DNA of 64,000 nucleotides from Candidatus Omnitrophota bacterium (GTDB lineage Bacteria > Omnitrophota > Gorgyraeia > Gorgyraeales > Gorgyraeaceae). The position numbers were made by a program, and so were the translations under genes. The stretch covers positions 80,988 through 144,987 of the forward strand of contig JAUSEX010000052.1 in assembly GCA_030649895.1 (NCBI GenBank), in the 5' to 3' direction. Within the stretch, counting starts at the first letter, position 1, and every line of letters starts with the position of its first letter. Under the pieces are notes generated by a model. That model did no database searches. It saw nothing but the letters and a program-made list of their open reading frames with translations, and was not told where the DNA came from. Positions 21,070 to 31,767 of the stretch are shown here, piece by piece.

Positions 21070-22391
21070 TACATCTCCGCGCCCGGATTTATGCCCTTAT
21101 GTTTATAATTAACTATACCTACTGCTATCACTATAAAACAGAAAGGCAGCATAATAGCTCTGTGGCGGAATAATGTCCCGATATTTCCCTCTATCAATGC
21201 TAGTATTAAGCTCATAACAAATATATACGGGATGATCAAACTGCCTTCTTTAAATCTATTTTTTAGTATAAAAAATATCCCGTAAAACATAGCTGGTATA
21301 AATAAATAAAAAAGAGCCATTTCCGGCATGGCGCTTACCTGACTCAAGCTCCCCAGATTCCAAGGAAAAGGAGCTAACCATGCTATCAATAAAGATAGCG
21401 GCAAAAAAATAATAAAATTCTGAATATTACTGAAATTTAGGTTTACAAGAAAGGCGGATCCGCCGGATGCCCTGTAAGACCTCATCCTGTATAACCATTC
21501 TAACAATTCCTCTTTATTTCCTATAGCAGGCAATAAAGACTTCAAATCCTGGCCATGAAAAAAAATGATAATGCCACATGTTAAAATAAGAAATAAAAAC
21601 ATCTCTTTCCTGAACCTGGATGTAATGATTAAACTGAATAAGAATACAGCCATTAGCACTACTATCGCGAATCCGCGGAGTTCTTTTAAAGCAAATGCCG
21701 CGGCAATAGCCAAAAATATCAGATAGAACCTGAATCTTTTTCTTATCTGTAAAAAAATCCACATCAAAAAGCATATTAACAGCACTACTATAGGTTCCTT
21801 AAGATTCTGGATTGACCATAAGAAAGTAGACGGCCAAAAACACATCAGCATGGCAGCCAGCATCGCTGCCTTCCTGTTCAAAATCTCTTTTGTCATGGCA
21901 TAGACAAATACGATTGCCAGAGAACCTGCTATACAATTGATAAATATTAACGAAATCGGGCTTTTCCCTATAAAAAAATAAACTATCGCGTTCCAGTAAT
22001 CATAACCTCCAAGCGTTCCGCTTAAACTAGTAGTCCTCATATAAGAATCAATATATCTTATATCATGCGTTCCGTTTAGCCACATCTGAAGTATCGTATA
22101 TCCGTTCTCGCTATACGGCCAGCTATCGTGCAATAAGCCATGCCCATTCAGCACAAAAAGAAAATTATAAACCAGAGAAGCCATTATGATCCTTAAAAGA
22201 AACGCCGCTATGAATAAACTTAATAAAAAATAATAATCCTGCGCATCTTCCTGGCTGCACGAGATCAGGAATAATCCAAAAAATACACCTAAAAGCGCAA
22301 TTAAAAAAGGCGCTACATAAATTATCGGCGCGAAAACCGTTATCACAGCTACTACGATCCCGATTAAGATATAATTCCAGTTCTTTTGCAT
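21069..22391 (-). CDS. Polytopic membrane protein; candidate Wzy-like polymerase / O-antigen ligase-like
   Basis: At least 10 hydrophobic segments with a periplasmic-loop-like region. Confidence 0.45.
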   Translation of the reverse strand: MQKNWNYILIGIVVAVITVFAPIIYVAPFLIALLGVFFGLFLISCSQEDAQDYYFLLSLFIAAFLLRIIMASLVYNFLFVLNGHGLLHDSWPYSENGYTILQMWLNGTHDIRYIDSYMRTTSLSGTLGGYDYWNAIVYFFIGKSPISLIFINCIAGSLAIVFVYAMTKEILNRKAAMLAAMLMCFWPSTFLWSIQNLKEPIVVLLICFLMWIFLQIRKRFRFYLIFLAIAAAFALKELRGFAIVVLMAVFLFSLIITSRFRKEMFLFLILTCGIIIFFHGQDLKSLLPAIGNKEELLEWLYRMRSYRASGGSAFLVNLNFSNIQNFIIFLPLSLLIAWLAPFPWNLGSLSQVSAMPEMALFYLFIPAMFYGIFFILKNRFKEGSLIIPYIFVMSLILALIEGNIGTLFRHRAIMLPFCFIVIAVGIVNYKHKGINPGAEM

Positions 22392-22407
22392 ATTTCAGAA
22401 AATCCTG

Positions 22408-24258
22408 TCAATTTTTTATAAATGAATCCACAATCTCTTTAACCCTATCGGAAGCTTTTCCGTCTAATCTATAAGCATGTTCATTTAAATATGCCTTCCT
22501 ACCATTATTTAATTTATTTATAGTATCCTTATCAAATAAGGCATCCCGTATACAACCTTCTAAATCCTTCAGATCATTTACAATAATGGCAGCATGGCAT
22601 CTATTAAAATCCCATACATCCTCTCCTTCAAAATTAGAACTGCCGCTCAGGGAAATAACGGCTTTATCCAATAGAATCGCCTCATAACCTACTGTAGAAA
22701 GATGCGTTATTAGAAGATGACAGCCGCGGAGAAGTTTTAACATTTCAGCATGCTGGTTTATGGTATAGTCCGATAGGCCCGCTTCCTTGATTGTATTCTT
22801 ATACATATTTAAATCTTTTTCATATGGATGAATTTTGATTATCAAATGCGCTTCTTTTATGTTGTTCATTGCATTACATACTGCTTTCAATTGCTCTATT
22901 GCCTCATATGCTACCATCCCTATATCTAACTCTGTATGATTGGTAGCAAAAACAACTGTCTTTTTAGATCCGTCTGAAATATTTGATTCTTTTATATTAA
23001 ATCTATCACTAACCATAACATCATATTTAGCCGGGCCGGTGACCAAAACCTTATCCGGGTCAAATGCCTGTCTTTTTAACAGATACTCTTTCCAATAAAC
23101 CCCATCTACCGTGATAACATCCGTTACAACAGGGCCAAAAAAATAAAGTTCGTTGATAAAACCATTCTGCATATGCACAACAGGCATAGACATGCTTTTC
23201 GCTGTCAAGATAATATCCGCGGAATAATTAGCTACTACGATTAACCGAGGTTCATAACGCGAGATAATGCCTCTCATGACATCTATGTTGTATGCGCTGT
23301 TTGGAAATATCCTGCAAATTGCCTCTTCCATCACATCTTCCATAAAACTTCCTATGGAAACTTCTTTATATAATAAGTCTTTGTAAAAAGAGCTGTTTTT
23401 CCGGATTGCGCCTTTGATTTCTTTCAGCAACCGTTTGACATGCGGATTAAACAAAATATATGGCTTATATCCGTTAAAATCCATGTAAAATATTCTATTC
23501 TCCTTTAATCTTGCGGAACATTCCGACGAAAATGTATCCACTACCAGCCGTTCCTCATCATTATACTTAAGAATTACCGGCAAAATAGAATCAAAGCACC
23601 TTTTAACTGAAGTAAAGAATATGACCTTGCATTTTTTGCGGCCTTTTTTGAATTTTGCAAGATTGCTGGATAAAAATTTAAGATTTACCAAAAATCTTTT
23701 TAGAGTTCTTGCGAAAACTATGAATCTCCTAAAAACCCAGCTTAGATACAACTTGTCCCTGTTAACTTTTTCATAGACGAAAAAAGGGATTTGTTTTTTT
23801 TCACAGACCAGCTTAAATATACGCCCCAATTTGGAAGAACTATTTATACAGTGTACTTCTGAAGGATTTTCTATATCCAACACTGTGTATGCCATGTTAA
23901 TTTTGTATAAGATAGGCAATAGTTCTGAGAATACATGCTGAACGCTAACATTCCACAGAGAAACCCCTTTATACGCTGTCAGATCCCTGAGTTTTAAACC
24001 TTCACAAACCTCTTTCTCTGCCAGAGAATAAAATAAATCATGCGCATCCCGCCTGATATCAGCATAGCTGGTATGAAAAAAATCTTTGTAATGATTGAAT
24101 TTTTTTGCCGCATATCTTTTATACGCGATATCGACATTGTCCTGCGCCAATACCATAGGATTTTTTCCGGCATTAACGAGCTTATCGTACAATACAACCG
24201 CATTCTTAATGTCTGAACCATCTGTTAATAAGATTATGCTTTTATTGATGCTGTTCAT
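22408..24258 (-). CDS. GT-B protein resembling capsule biosynthesis KpsC/KpsS (CMP-ulosonic acid transferase family) or the TagB/TagF-type
   Basis: C-terminal HLLITHLSTVGYEAILLDKAVISLSG (compare TINSGVGFEALLLGKPVV). Confidence 0.4.
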   Translation of the reverse strand: MNSINKSIILLTDGSDIKNAVVLYDKLVNAGKNPMVLAQDNVDIAYKRYAAKKFNHYKDFFHTSYADIRRDAHDLFYSLAEKEVCEGLKLRDLTAYKGVSLWNVSVQHVFSELLPILYKINMAYTVLDIENPSEVHCINSSSKLGRIFKLVCEKKQIPFFVYEKVNRDKLYLSWVFRRFIVFARTLKRFLVNLKFLSSNLAKFKKGRKKCKVIFFTSVKRCFDSILPVILKYNDEERLVVDTFSSECSARLKENRIFYMDFNGYKPYILFNPHVKRLLKEIKGAIRKNSSFYKDLLYKEVSIGSFMEDVMEEAICRIFPNSAYNIDVMRGIISRYEPRLIVVANYSADIILTAKSMSMPVVHMQNGFINELYFFGPVVTDVITVDGVYWKEYLLKRQAFDPDKVLVTGPAKYDVMVSDRFNIKESNISDGSKKTVVFATNHTELDIGMVAYEAIEQLKAVCNAMNNIKEAHLIIKIHPYEKDLNMYKNTIKEAGLSDYTINQHAEMLKLLRGCHLLITHLSTVGYEAILLDKAVISLSGSSNFEGEDVWDFNRCHAAIIVNDLKDLEGCIRDALFDKDTINKLNNGRKAYLNEHAYRLDGKASDRVKEIVDSFIKN

Positions 24259-24288
24259 TGATTTTAAATCAAGGTAGGCTACACGCCT

Positions 24289-25662
24289 TTAGTCCTGGTT
24301 TATTATATTTTTAACAGCTCTGTCAGTATCGCAGTCATGCACAACAACTTCGCAAACCCCATATTTATCCGCGCAGGCAACGCCTATCTTCTCAATCTTT
24401 TCAAAAGGGAATGTCTGCCAATCAAAGGTATATTTCCAGCAATTCTTCTCCAATGCGAAATCCAGATTGTCATAATAATACCTTCCATTCTTGTCTTTAA
24501 TAGCAAGAAAAGGCTGAGGGCCAAAGATATCTGACTGCGTCTTTACGATCATATCGATAGTATCGTGAGATATGGCATGCTTAAAAAAATCCACTTTTAA
24601 CCCGATATTTGCCTGCCGTTCAAGTTTTAAATGCCTGACAGCGGCTTCTACGGCATTGGAATACCTGAACTCTACCTTCTTCCATTTTTTACCAGCCTTT
24701 TCAATCATGCCCCGGACCTTATTTATATCTAAGGTCATATCCCTGAAATCATGGTCAGTAAAAGCCAGCACACTGGACATATTCTTATCAGCCTGGCGGA
24801 ATGCTTCATCAACATCTTGCTGGGTAAGCTCCCGAAGCCTTGCTTCCATATTCAGGCATCTGAAAATCCAGCGCCTGCAGCGGCCTTCAACCTGATAATC
24901 GTCATGGCTGGGATGATAAGCTCCCCAGATTTCAGGAGATCTACGCCAGTCTCCGAACCTTCCATCTGCTGCGTCCGGCTGCAGCACATCCTGCGCAGTA
25001 GCCTGGTTTGAATAATCAAAAGGCATCCATTGCTCCAGAAACCAATTGCTGTCAGGCCGAATAGTATGGAACCCGGGCCTAAAAACAGACGGGAACCATT
25101 TCCTATCAATTATCTTTTTAGCCAATATCTCAAACAGATGATTCTGGTTAAAATAAAAAGTTGCGCAAGAATGCGCCATTTTATTATACGGCAAAGGATG
25201 ATAATGAAAATATACCCTGTCTTTTTTATTTATATCGCGCTCAAGAAGACCGCTAAAATAATCGAATATCCTGTGATCTCCCATATCGCGCTTCCTGGGA
25301 TTGGCATCATAACCTACATGGTCTACGCAAAACCAGTTATATACCCATCCGCCGCCAAAAGAATCCGGCAGCATATTCCTGAAAGATAAGGAGGTAATCC
25401 GATTCAGCATTTTATCTATATCTTCCCATGTTTCGTTGAATGAAACGCGCTTTTGTCCTACCAGATTCATCACCTCTTCTGTCTTATTCCCAAGGTCGAA
25501 ACCGCCTTTCTGCAATTTCAACAAATTCTCTCTTGTCGCTTCTATATCTACGCCAAAAATCTGCCTTAAACGTTCAAAAGTACCAGCCAATGACTCGCTC
25601 AAAGGCCCCTCTGTGTCAACGCAATGAACTATATAAACTATTCTCTCTTTTTCCATTGTCAT
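24289..25662 (-). CDS. Hypothetical 457-aa protein
   Basis: ORF in operon context. VHCVDTEGPL motif unassigned. Confidence 0.4.
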   Translation of the reverse strand: MTMEKERIVYIVHCVDTEGPLSESLAGTFERLRQIFGVDIEATRENLLKLQKGGFDLGNKTEEVMNLVGQKRVSFNETWEDIDKMLNRITSLSFRNMLPDSFGGGWVYNWFCVDHVGYDANPRKRDMGDHRIFDYFSGLLERDINKKDRVYFHYHPLPYNKMAHSCATFYFNQNHLFEILAKKIIDRKWFPSVFRPGFHTIRPDSNWFLEQWMPFDYSNQATAQDVLQPDAADGRFGDWRRSPEIWGAYHPSHDDYQVEGRCRRWIFRCLNMEARLRELTQQDVDEAFRQADKNMSSVLAFTDHDFRDMTLDINKVRGMIEKAGKKWKKVEFRYSNAVEAAVRHLKLERQANIGLKVDFFKHAISHDTIDMIVKTQSDIFGPQPFLAIKDKNGRYYYDNLDFALEKNCWKYTFDWQTFPFEKIEKIGVACADKYGVCEVVVHDCDTDRAVKNIINQD

Positions 25663-26990
25663 TTTTTTAGAATGGCTTTTTTTACAAAACCTTTCAGGTA
25701 TTCCTTAGTTAAACCATGCGGTATAAATATAGGTTCCCACAGATTAAGCTTGTCCCAATCCCCAGGCTCAGCCCCTTCCCATCTGCCGTATTTGTGCCAT
25801 TCCTTATAAATATCTGTATTTGGTATAGGCGTAAAAGCTGACATTGAAATATAGTCCAGATCTATCTTTTTAATAAATTCATGCGTCTCCCGCAAGGTTT
25901 CTTCCGTCTCGTTCGGGCACCCTGCCATAAATAAACCTTTCACGGTAATTCCAAACTGTTTTGCTGTTTTAACAGCGTTCTCAATCTGCTCAACAGTCAC
26001 ATCTTTCTTTAATATATCCAATATCTTCTGAGAACCGCTTTCTATACCAAGCGCAATCTGCCAACAGCCAGCCTCTTTCATTATCTTTACGACATCCGCA
26101 CTCACAGAATCAGCCCTGCCAATCGTACTCCATAAAAGATCCGGATGCTTTTGCTTTATCCCATCGCATATTTCAATTACGCGTTTTTTATTTACCATAA
26201 AATGATCGTCCTGGAAGTTTATATCCTTTATTCCGTATTTTGACACAAGATGATCTACCCAGCTCAATATAGTCCCTACACTATGCGCCCTCCATACCCG
26301 GCCGAATACAGATCTGTCGCAAAATGTGCACCTGTTGGGGCATCCTCTCGATGTTACTATGGCGACCGCGGGCAGGGCCCTGTAGGTCATTATAGACGGC
26401 CTGTAATAATCCGGCAGGTGAGGAAGAAGATCCCATCTCGGCATAGGAAGGGTATCGAGATTTTTAATCAGCGGCCTAGGCGCAGTATATGTTATATCGC
26501 CGCGTTCATCTTTGAAAACTATGCCTTTAATATCTTTCAAATTTCCGCCTTTTTCGTAGCATTCTATCAATTCCGGCAGGGTATATTCGCCCTCGTGCAG
26601 AACGCCTGCCTCAAACATCGGATATCTTTTAAATGTCTCTTCCGGGCAGGCATTTATATGCGGTCCTCCCAGAATAATCTTTACATCCGGGATAACAGCC
26701 TTTAGCATTTCATGCAGCCTGGCAATAGTATGCATGCATATGGTAAAAGTTATTATCCCTATATAATCGGGCTTTAACTCTGCCACCTTTTTTACGGTTT
26801 CATCCAATCCTATAAACAACGCCTGCGAATCAATGATTGATACATTAAACTCCTCTTCGGAAAACATCGCGGCTAAATGGCACAATCCCTGCGGAGGATG
26901 TATATGTGAAACTATATTTTTTGAACTGCCAAATTTTTCTTCGACTGAAAGTGGCGGATGTATAAGGACTATATTTTTTTTGTTTTTCAT
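25659..26990 (-). CDS. B12-binding-domain radical SAM protein (class B)
   Basis: SRGCPNRCTFCD. Confidence 0.75.
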   Translation of the reverse strand: MKNKKNIVLIHPPLSVEEKFGSSKNIVSHIHPPQGLCHLAAMFSEEEFNVSIIDSQALFIGLDETVKKVAELKPDYIGIITFTICMHTIARLHEMLKAVIPDVKIILGGPHINACPEETFKRYPMFEAGVLHEGEYTLPELIECYEKGGNLKDIKGIVFKDERGDITYTAPRPLIKNLDTLPMPRWDLLPHLPDYYRPSIMTYRALPAVAIVTSRGCPNRCTFCDRSVFGRVWRAHSVGTILSWVDHLVSKYGIKDINFQDDHFMVNKKRVIEICDGIKQKHPDLLWSTIGRADSVSADVVKIMKEAGCWQIALGIESGSQKILDILKKDVTVEQIENAVKTAKQFGITVKGLFMAGCPNETEETLRETHEFIKKIDLDYISMSAFTPIPNTDIYKEWHKYGRWEGAEPGDWDKLNLWEPIFIPHGLTKEYLKGFVKKAILKK

Positions 26991-26993
26991 TGT

Positions 26994-27725
26994 TTATTTA
27001 ACCCTCTTCAATTTAAAAATGGCTTCGGCTACATAAAAATCTAACTCATTATCTATATCAATAGAAGACATAGAATCAGTAATCACCACTCCTCTTTTCT
27101 GTTTTGGGCCAGGCAGACATAATCTTGCTGTATCCATATTATTAAGAATATACTCTACCCTACCTGCAAATGCTGCACCTGTGCTTCTATATAAAGTTTC
27201 TTCGGCCTGCCTATGAGTTATTGCACGGTCATAACCATCTATAAAAGCAAATTCAGGTATGCTATCTTTGATTCTCAACGTCCATTGCGAAGGATGGTCG
27301 ACTTTGCAAACTGTAAAAACAGCGTCCAGCTCTTCCTCTACTATCTTTTTTATTACTGAATAGATATCCGCTATCTTTGTCAGAGGCGAATTGGCCTGCA
27401 GAACCAATACATAATCAAATCTTTCACCCGCCTTTTCCATCCGTTTTATTGCGTCAGCAATAACCAATATCAAAGGCGCACTATTAGTCGCAAGTTTTTT
27501 ATCCCTCAAAAAAGGCGTTTCAGCGCCATATTTTCTGGCAATCCCGGCTATAGCCTCATCTTCGGTAGAAACAATTACCCTGTCTATCTCTTTAATGCTA
27601 AGCGCCTTCTCTATACTATGCGCTATCATGGGTTTGCCGCCTATTACCTTGACATTTTTGCCGGGTAATCCCACAGACCCCATCCTGGCCGGAATAATAG
27701 AAAGTACCCTTTTGTTATTTATCAT
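26994..27725 (-). CDS. Acylneuraminate cytidylyltransferase family (second copy)
   Basis: VLSIIPARMGSVGLPGKNVKVIGGKPMIAHSI. Confidence 0.85.
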   Translation of the reverse strand: MINNKRVLSIIPARMGSVGLPGKNVKVIGGKPMIAHSIEKALSIKEIDRVIVSTEDEAIAGIARKYGAETPFLRDKKLATNSAPLILVIADAIKRMEKAGERFDYVLVLQANSPLTKIADIYSVIKKIVEEELDAVFTVCKVDHPSQWTLRIKDSIPEFAFIDGYDRAITHRQAEETLYRSTGAAFAGRVEYILNNMDTARLCLPGPKQKRGVVITDSMSSIDIDNELDFYVAEAIFKLKRVK

Positions 27726-28509
27726 GGCTTTTTGCCCTCAGAAACGTTTTGCTTACACCATTAGATACGATAATGCCTGCGCATTCGGTCTTATTGGCAA
27801 CGCCGATTTTCTGTAAAAATAAGGCGTACTCATAAAATTCCCCGGCACCATTACCGGCGATCATATATCTATTGCGGGAAAAATCTCCTCTTTTCTCATA
27901 ATAATAGGCCTTCAACAGTTTAAAACCAAAAGCATCAAGATTAGCAAGCAGATTCGCAACATCTGTAAAATAATTTGGATGAGACTTCTCTCTTGCTCTT
28001 ATTTCCGCCACCAAGGCTTTTTCATCGTCATCTTTGTAATTATCGTTTTTCCCAGTTATTAAAACCTTCCCGCCATGTTTTAATTTTTCATTGATTTCTA
28101 CCAAAGCCTCTTTTTGATATAACGCGTCAAAAACCGCGAAGCAGACTATTTTAGTGAATGATTCGTTTTTAAAAGGCGGCTTTTCAGCTTCTGCGACTAT
28201 CAGACCATTTGTCTCATCGCCATAATCATTCTTTGCGGCCCTTACCATGGCTTCTGAAATATCCATACCATACACATTTTTAGATTGTGTCAATAGACGC
28301 TCAAGCCCTCTTCCAAATCCACACCCTATCTCCAGCACTATGTCTTCTGCGCCTATAGACAATCCCTTGATTAAACTATAATAGGTAAATCTGTCCGCTG
28401 TCTTTGTATCGCCTTTAATTACATTACTGACCCCGGATAATTCCGCTTCTTCTGTCCTTTGTTTCCAATATTCACAGTATTCTTTATTCCAATATTTTTT
28501 TCTATCCAT
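27715..28509 (-). CDS. Class I SAM-dependent methyltransferase
   Basis: VLEIGCGFGRG...VYGMDIS. Confidence 0.75.
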   Translation of the reverse strand: MDRKKYWNKEYCEYWKQRTEEAELSGVSNVIKGDTKTADRFTYYSLIKGLSIGAEDIVLEIGCGFGRGLERLLTQSKNVYGMDISEAMVRAAKNDYGDETNGLIVAEAEKPPFKNESFTKIVCFAVFDALYQKEALVEINEKLKHGGKVLITGKNDNYKDDDEKALVAEIRAREKSHPNYFTDVANLLANLDAFGFKLLKAYYYEKRGDFSRNRYMIAGNGAGEFYEYALFLQKIGVANKTECAGIIVSNGVSKTFLRAKSHDK

Positions 28510-28516
28510 ATCCCTA

Positions 28517-29515
28517 TTAAATAAATACTTCTTTTAACAGTTTCTTTATCTCTTTTACGGTCATAAAACTACCACTATGCTGCGATTTGTATATTTTCGG
28601 CATACGGCTGCCTTTGGCTTTTTTATTGCATTCAAAAGACGGCAGTATAAACATATCCTTTGTTTCGCACGCAATCCCAGCTTCGTCCTCATTCATTAAT
28701 TCTTCATACATCTTCTCTCCGCTCCTCCTACCTATGAATTTCATTTTAATCTCTTCCGGCGCATAACCGCAAGACAGAGCCATCTCTTCAATCATCGCCT
28801 TTGCTAAATCTTTTATGCGCAAAACCGGCATTTTAAGTATGAATATCTCTCCTCCCTCGGACATCTGCGCGGCCTTAAGGACAAGCTCTGTAGCCTTGTC
28901 GATACTCATGATAAACCTTGTCATGCCGTTGTCCGTAATCGTGACAGGCCCGCCCTTTTTTATCTGTTCCATGAATATAGGTAAGACAGAGCCCTGTGAA
29001 TTCAACACATTACCGAACCTCACGCATGAAAAAGTAGTGTCTCTTTTGCCTTTATATAAATTAGCGGAGACTGTTAGTCTCTCGGCGAGGAGTTTAGACG
29101 CGCCCAGGACATTTATGGGGTTAACCGCCTTATCTGTGCTTATGGTCACGAACTTTTTAACCTCTTCCTCAAGCGCGGCTTCTATCAAATTCTTTGTCCC
29201 CAAGACATTCGTCTGCACGGCCTCGAATGGATTAGACTCGCAGAGAGGCACATGTTTCAGCGCGGCTGCATGGAATATTATATCAACATCTTCTACTGCC
29301 CTTACCAATCTCCCTTTATCTTTTATATCACCTACTAAAAATCTTGTCTTTTTCCCATGTAACGCCTGCTCTAAATTAAACAGCCCTGTTTCATTTGTAT
29401 CCAAAATCCTCACTGTCCTGGGGTTGAACTCCAGGAGCTTCCTGACCAGGGCACTGCCTATGGAACCTGCCCCGCCTGTTACAAGTATTGTTTTCCCTTC
29501 ATATAAATTTTTCAT
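28517..29515 (-). CDS. UDP-sugar 4,6-dehydratase, short CapD/PseB/FlaA1 type (Polysacc_synt_2)
   Basis: KTILVTGGAGSIGSALVRKLL, 332 aa. Confidence 0.7.
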   Translation of the reverse strand: MKNLYEGKTILVTGGAGSIGSALVRKLLEFNPRTVRILDTNETGLFNLEQALHGKKTRFLVGDIKDKGRLVRAVEDVDIIFHAAALKHVPLCESNPFEAVQTNVLGTKNLIEAALEEEVKKFVTISTDKAVNPINVLGASKLLAERLTVSANLYKGKRDTTFSCVRFGNVLNSQGSVLPIFMEQIKKGGPVTITDNGMTRFIMSIDKATELVLKAAQMSEGGEIFILKMPVLRIKDLAKAMIEEMALSCGYAPEEIKMKFIGRRSGEKMYEELMNEDEAGIACETKDMFILPSFECNKKAKGSRMPKIYKSQHSGSFMTVKEIKKLLKEVFI

Positions 29516-30468
29516 GACATGACTCCTTTTATTTTAATAAGGTCATTTACGTCTAATCTGGGTAAGGTAAGTGGCCTATCCGAGGTTAAATCCGCAATCC
29601 GCGGTTCTGTAGTAAGGCCTGCGACGCAACCTTTATCTTTAATAATCTTCAGCAAAAAATCATTATAACTGCCATAGGGATAACACATTACCCATTCTTT
29701 AATATCGCATCCGATTATATCATGCAAAAAACTCAAAGATAGCGCTATTTCTGTTTTCTGCTTATATTCATCCATTTCATTAAGCCAAGAATGTCCAAAA
29801 CCATGGCTTCCAATATACATTCCATTCCTTTTCATACATTTAAGCTGGTCTACATTAAGATATAATTCATTGCAGAAACTTTTCTCATTTTTTGTAACAT
29901 ATTTATTAAAAAGCCTGCCCGTAATTTCATTCCTTAAATCTTCCGGTAATTCCTTTTGTAATATTCTTTTTATAAATACCACTTCTTTTGTGTCAAAGCG
30001 ATCTTTAACCGCTAATTTCCTAAAATAATAACGATTACATTCCAGAGAATACTTTTGCTTATATTCATCTAATAATGAAAATATCTCTTCTACTAATTTT
30101 TGTTTATCATTAATAGACGCTAGTATAAAATGTATTTTATTAACATCTAAAACCTGACTGTGGGTAACAGCCTTTACCGGAGGAAAAAAACTTCCACTGA
30201 CCCCTGATTCCTTCAGCAAAGGAAAGACGTTTATAAAATGATCCGCGTAACCATCGTCGAAAGTGAGTAAAGCCGCACGCTTAGGAAGGCTATCCCCGTA
30301 CTTTAGGGAATATATCAGCTCTTCCATTGAGATGATATTACAGCATCTTATTAAATATTTTAATTGCTTTCTGAAATGAAGCAGAGACAGTCCTTTAATC
30401 TCAGGAAAACGAGAATTTTTAAATTCTCTGACGTAGTGATACATTATTATTGAAACTTTATTTTTCAT
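29512..30468 (-). CDS. Polysaccharide deacetylase (CE4 / NodB homology)
   Basis: LTFDDGYADH. Confidence 0.75.
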   Translation of the reverse strand: MKNKVSIIMYHYVREFKNSRFPEIKGLSLLHFRKQLKYLIRCCNIISMEELIYSLKYGDSLPKRAALLTFDDGYADHFINVFPLLKESGVSGSFFPPVKAVTHSQVLDVNKIHFILASINDKQKLVEEIFSLLDEYKQKYSLECNRYYFRKLAVKDRFDTKEVVFIKRILQKELPEDLRNEITGRLFNKYVTKNEKSFCNELYLNVDQLKCMKRNGMYIGSHGFGHSWLNEMDEYKQKTEIALSLSFLHDIIGCDIKEWVMCYPYGSYNDFLLKIIKDKGCVAGLTTEPRIADLTSDRPLTLPRLDVNDLIKIKGVMS

Positions 30469-31595
30469 TGCGCGCTTTTTCTTTCTGATATCTGATCAAT
30501 ATTGTTTAATCTATCTCTGTCTGAATCAGTCCTGGTAAAAAATATCTGTTTTTCTGTCAGTCTTGAAATTTCATTTTTATATTTCTTGCTAAACAAGCCT
30601 ATATATTCATTATTTAAGCGATTTTCTACCGGACACGTGACAAATGGCAATAAACCGGCATCTTCATTACGAAGAAAAGAAAAACCATGTTTTTCTAATA
30701 CATCCCCGTAAGCTGAACCAAAAGAAGAAAAATCAATATAGATATGCCCAGAGCCTTTGGCGCGTAGCACCACTTCACATAATACCTCCGGCATATAATC
30801 TTTTATGCCTAATAAATCTATTATACGCGTAATGTAAAAGTCGGTGGAATGCAAGCGTTCTACCCTGATTATCGCATAAGATAATATTTTATTAGCCAAA
30901 ACATAAGCTATGCAATGATATTTAATATACGGGTTATCAAAAAATCGCCATTTCAAAAAATTAATATCACGTTGTGTAACTGCCGCCGCAGGATACTCGC
31001 AGTTCAGATAAAAATTATCTATGTTTTCTCTGCTTATTTCAGTTACATTAACATTACCATCTGAAAACTCAAAATTTACGGGCTTAAATAGACTTCTCGC
31101 TTTAACAAAATCCTGCCCTATTATTTTTACAATATCAAAAGTTTTTTCGTTTAAATTTAATGCATACCGGTTAAATCGTTTATTCTCAAATGTATTGAAT
31201 CCTAACTCTCTATAAAACGAAGCGGTCTTTGAAGTAAAACCGATAACTCCAAATACATCGTGCCTGTTTATCATATTATTCACAAACGTGCTATTTATAC
31301 CGCGACCTCTCCATTCCGGAAGAGTATACGCATTAACGCCCCAGGCAAATGATACAGGAGTATTATTTAATATAAGCGCATATCTCAATTCTCCATAATG
31401 CGCTACTATTTCGTTTTCTTTATCCACTGCAATTAGAGAGGTTATAAAAGACTTTTTTTCAAATTGCGAAAAACCGAAGTACCACTTTAAAAATATGGAA
31501 TCCTGGAAAATAGTCTTAGACCCGTACGCTTTAATAAAAAATTTTGCCAGGTTATTTAAGTCTTCTTCGTTAAAAGAGCGTATTGTATATTTCAT
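30465..31595 (-). CDS. GNAT-like (possibly FemAB-like) acyltransferase, 376 aa
   Basis: N-terminal IRSFNEEDLNNLAKFF GNAT-like start. Confidence 0.45.
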   Translation of the reverse strand: MKYTIRSFNEEDLNNLAKFFIKAYGSKTIFQDSIFLKWYFGFSQFEKKSFITSLIAVDKENEIVAHYGELRYALILNNTPVSFAWGVNAYTLPEWRGRGINSTFVNNMINRHDVFGVIGFTSKTASFYRELGFNTFENKRFNRYALNLNEKTFDIVKIIGQDFVKARSLFKPVNFEFSDGNVNVTEISRENIDNFYLNCEYPAAAVTQRDINFLKWRFFDNPYIKYHCIAYVLANKILSYAIIRVERLHSTDFYITRIIDLLGIKDYMPEVLCEVVLRAKGSGHIYIDFSSFGSAYGDVLEKHGFSFLRNEDAGLLPFVTCPVENRLNNEYIGLFSKKYKNEISRLTEKQIFFTRTDSDRDRLNNIDQISERKSAQ

Positions 31596-31767
31596 ACAGT
31601 TTGTTTTTCAACCAGGATATAATTTGAAGATATTTAAAATCTCTCTTAATGATAATTTTTGCGTTAGAATCAACTATCTTATCTTAAGCCATATTTTAGC
31701 ATGGCTTGTTTTACGGGTTATTATCTCTAACGCTTTGAAAAATATTTGCAATTTTTATCTTGACCTA

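Noticed and set aside
21514-21774. Short minus-strand ORFs nested out of frame inside larger minus-strand genes (21514..21774, 23994..24221, 35830..36072, 37233..37439, 40593..40829, 42817..43008, 45420..45641, 44957..45202)
   Set aside because: They are alternative-frame artefacts inside genes whose main frame carries conserved motifs.
28815-29522. 235-aa plus-strand ORF, and the other plus-strand ORFs in the track (for example 6131..6577, 18078..18512, 18524..18928, 24572..24895, 50388..50702, 58512..58886)
   Set aside because: All lie antisense to long, well-supported minus-strand genes with recognisable domains. They are low-complexity, have no RBS and no family resemblance, so they are shadow ORFs.
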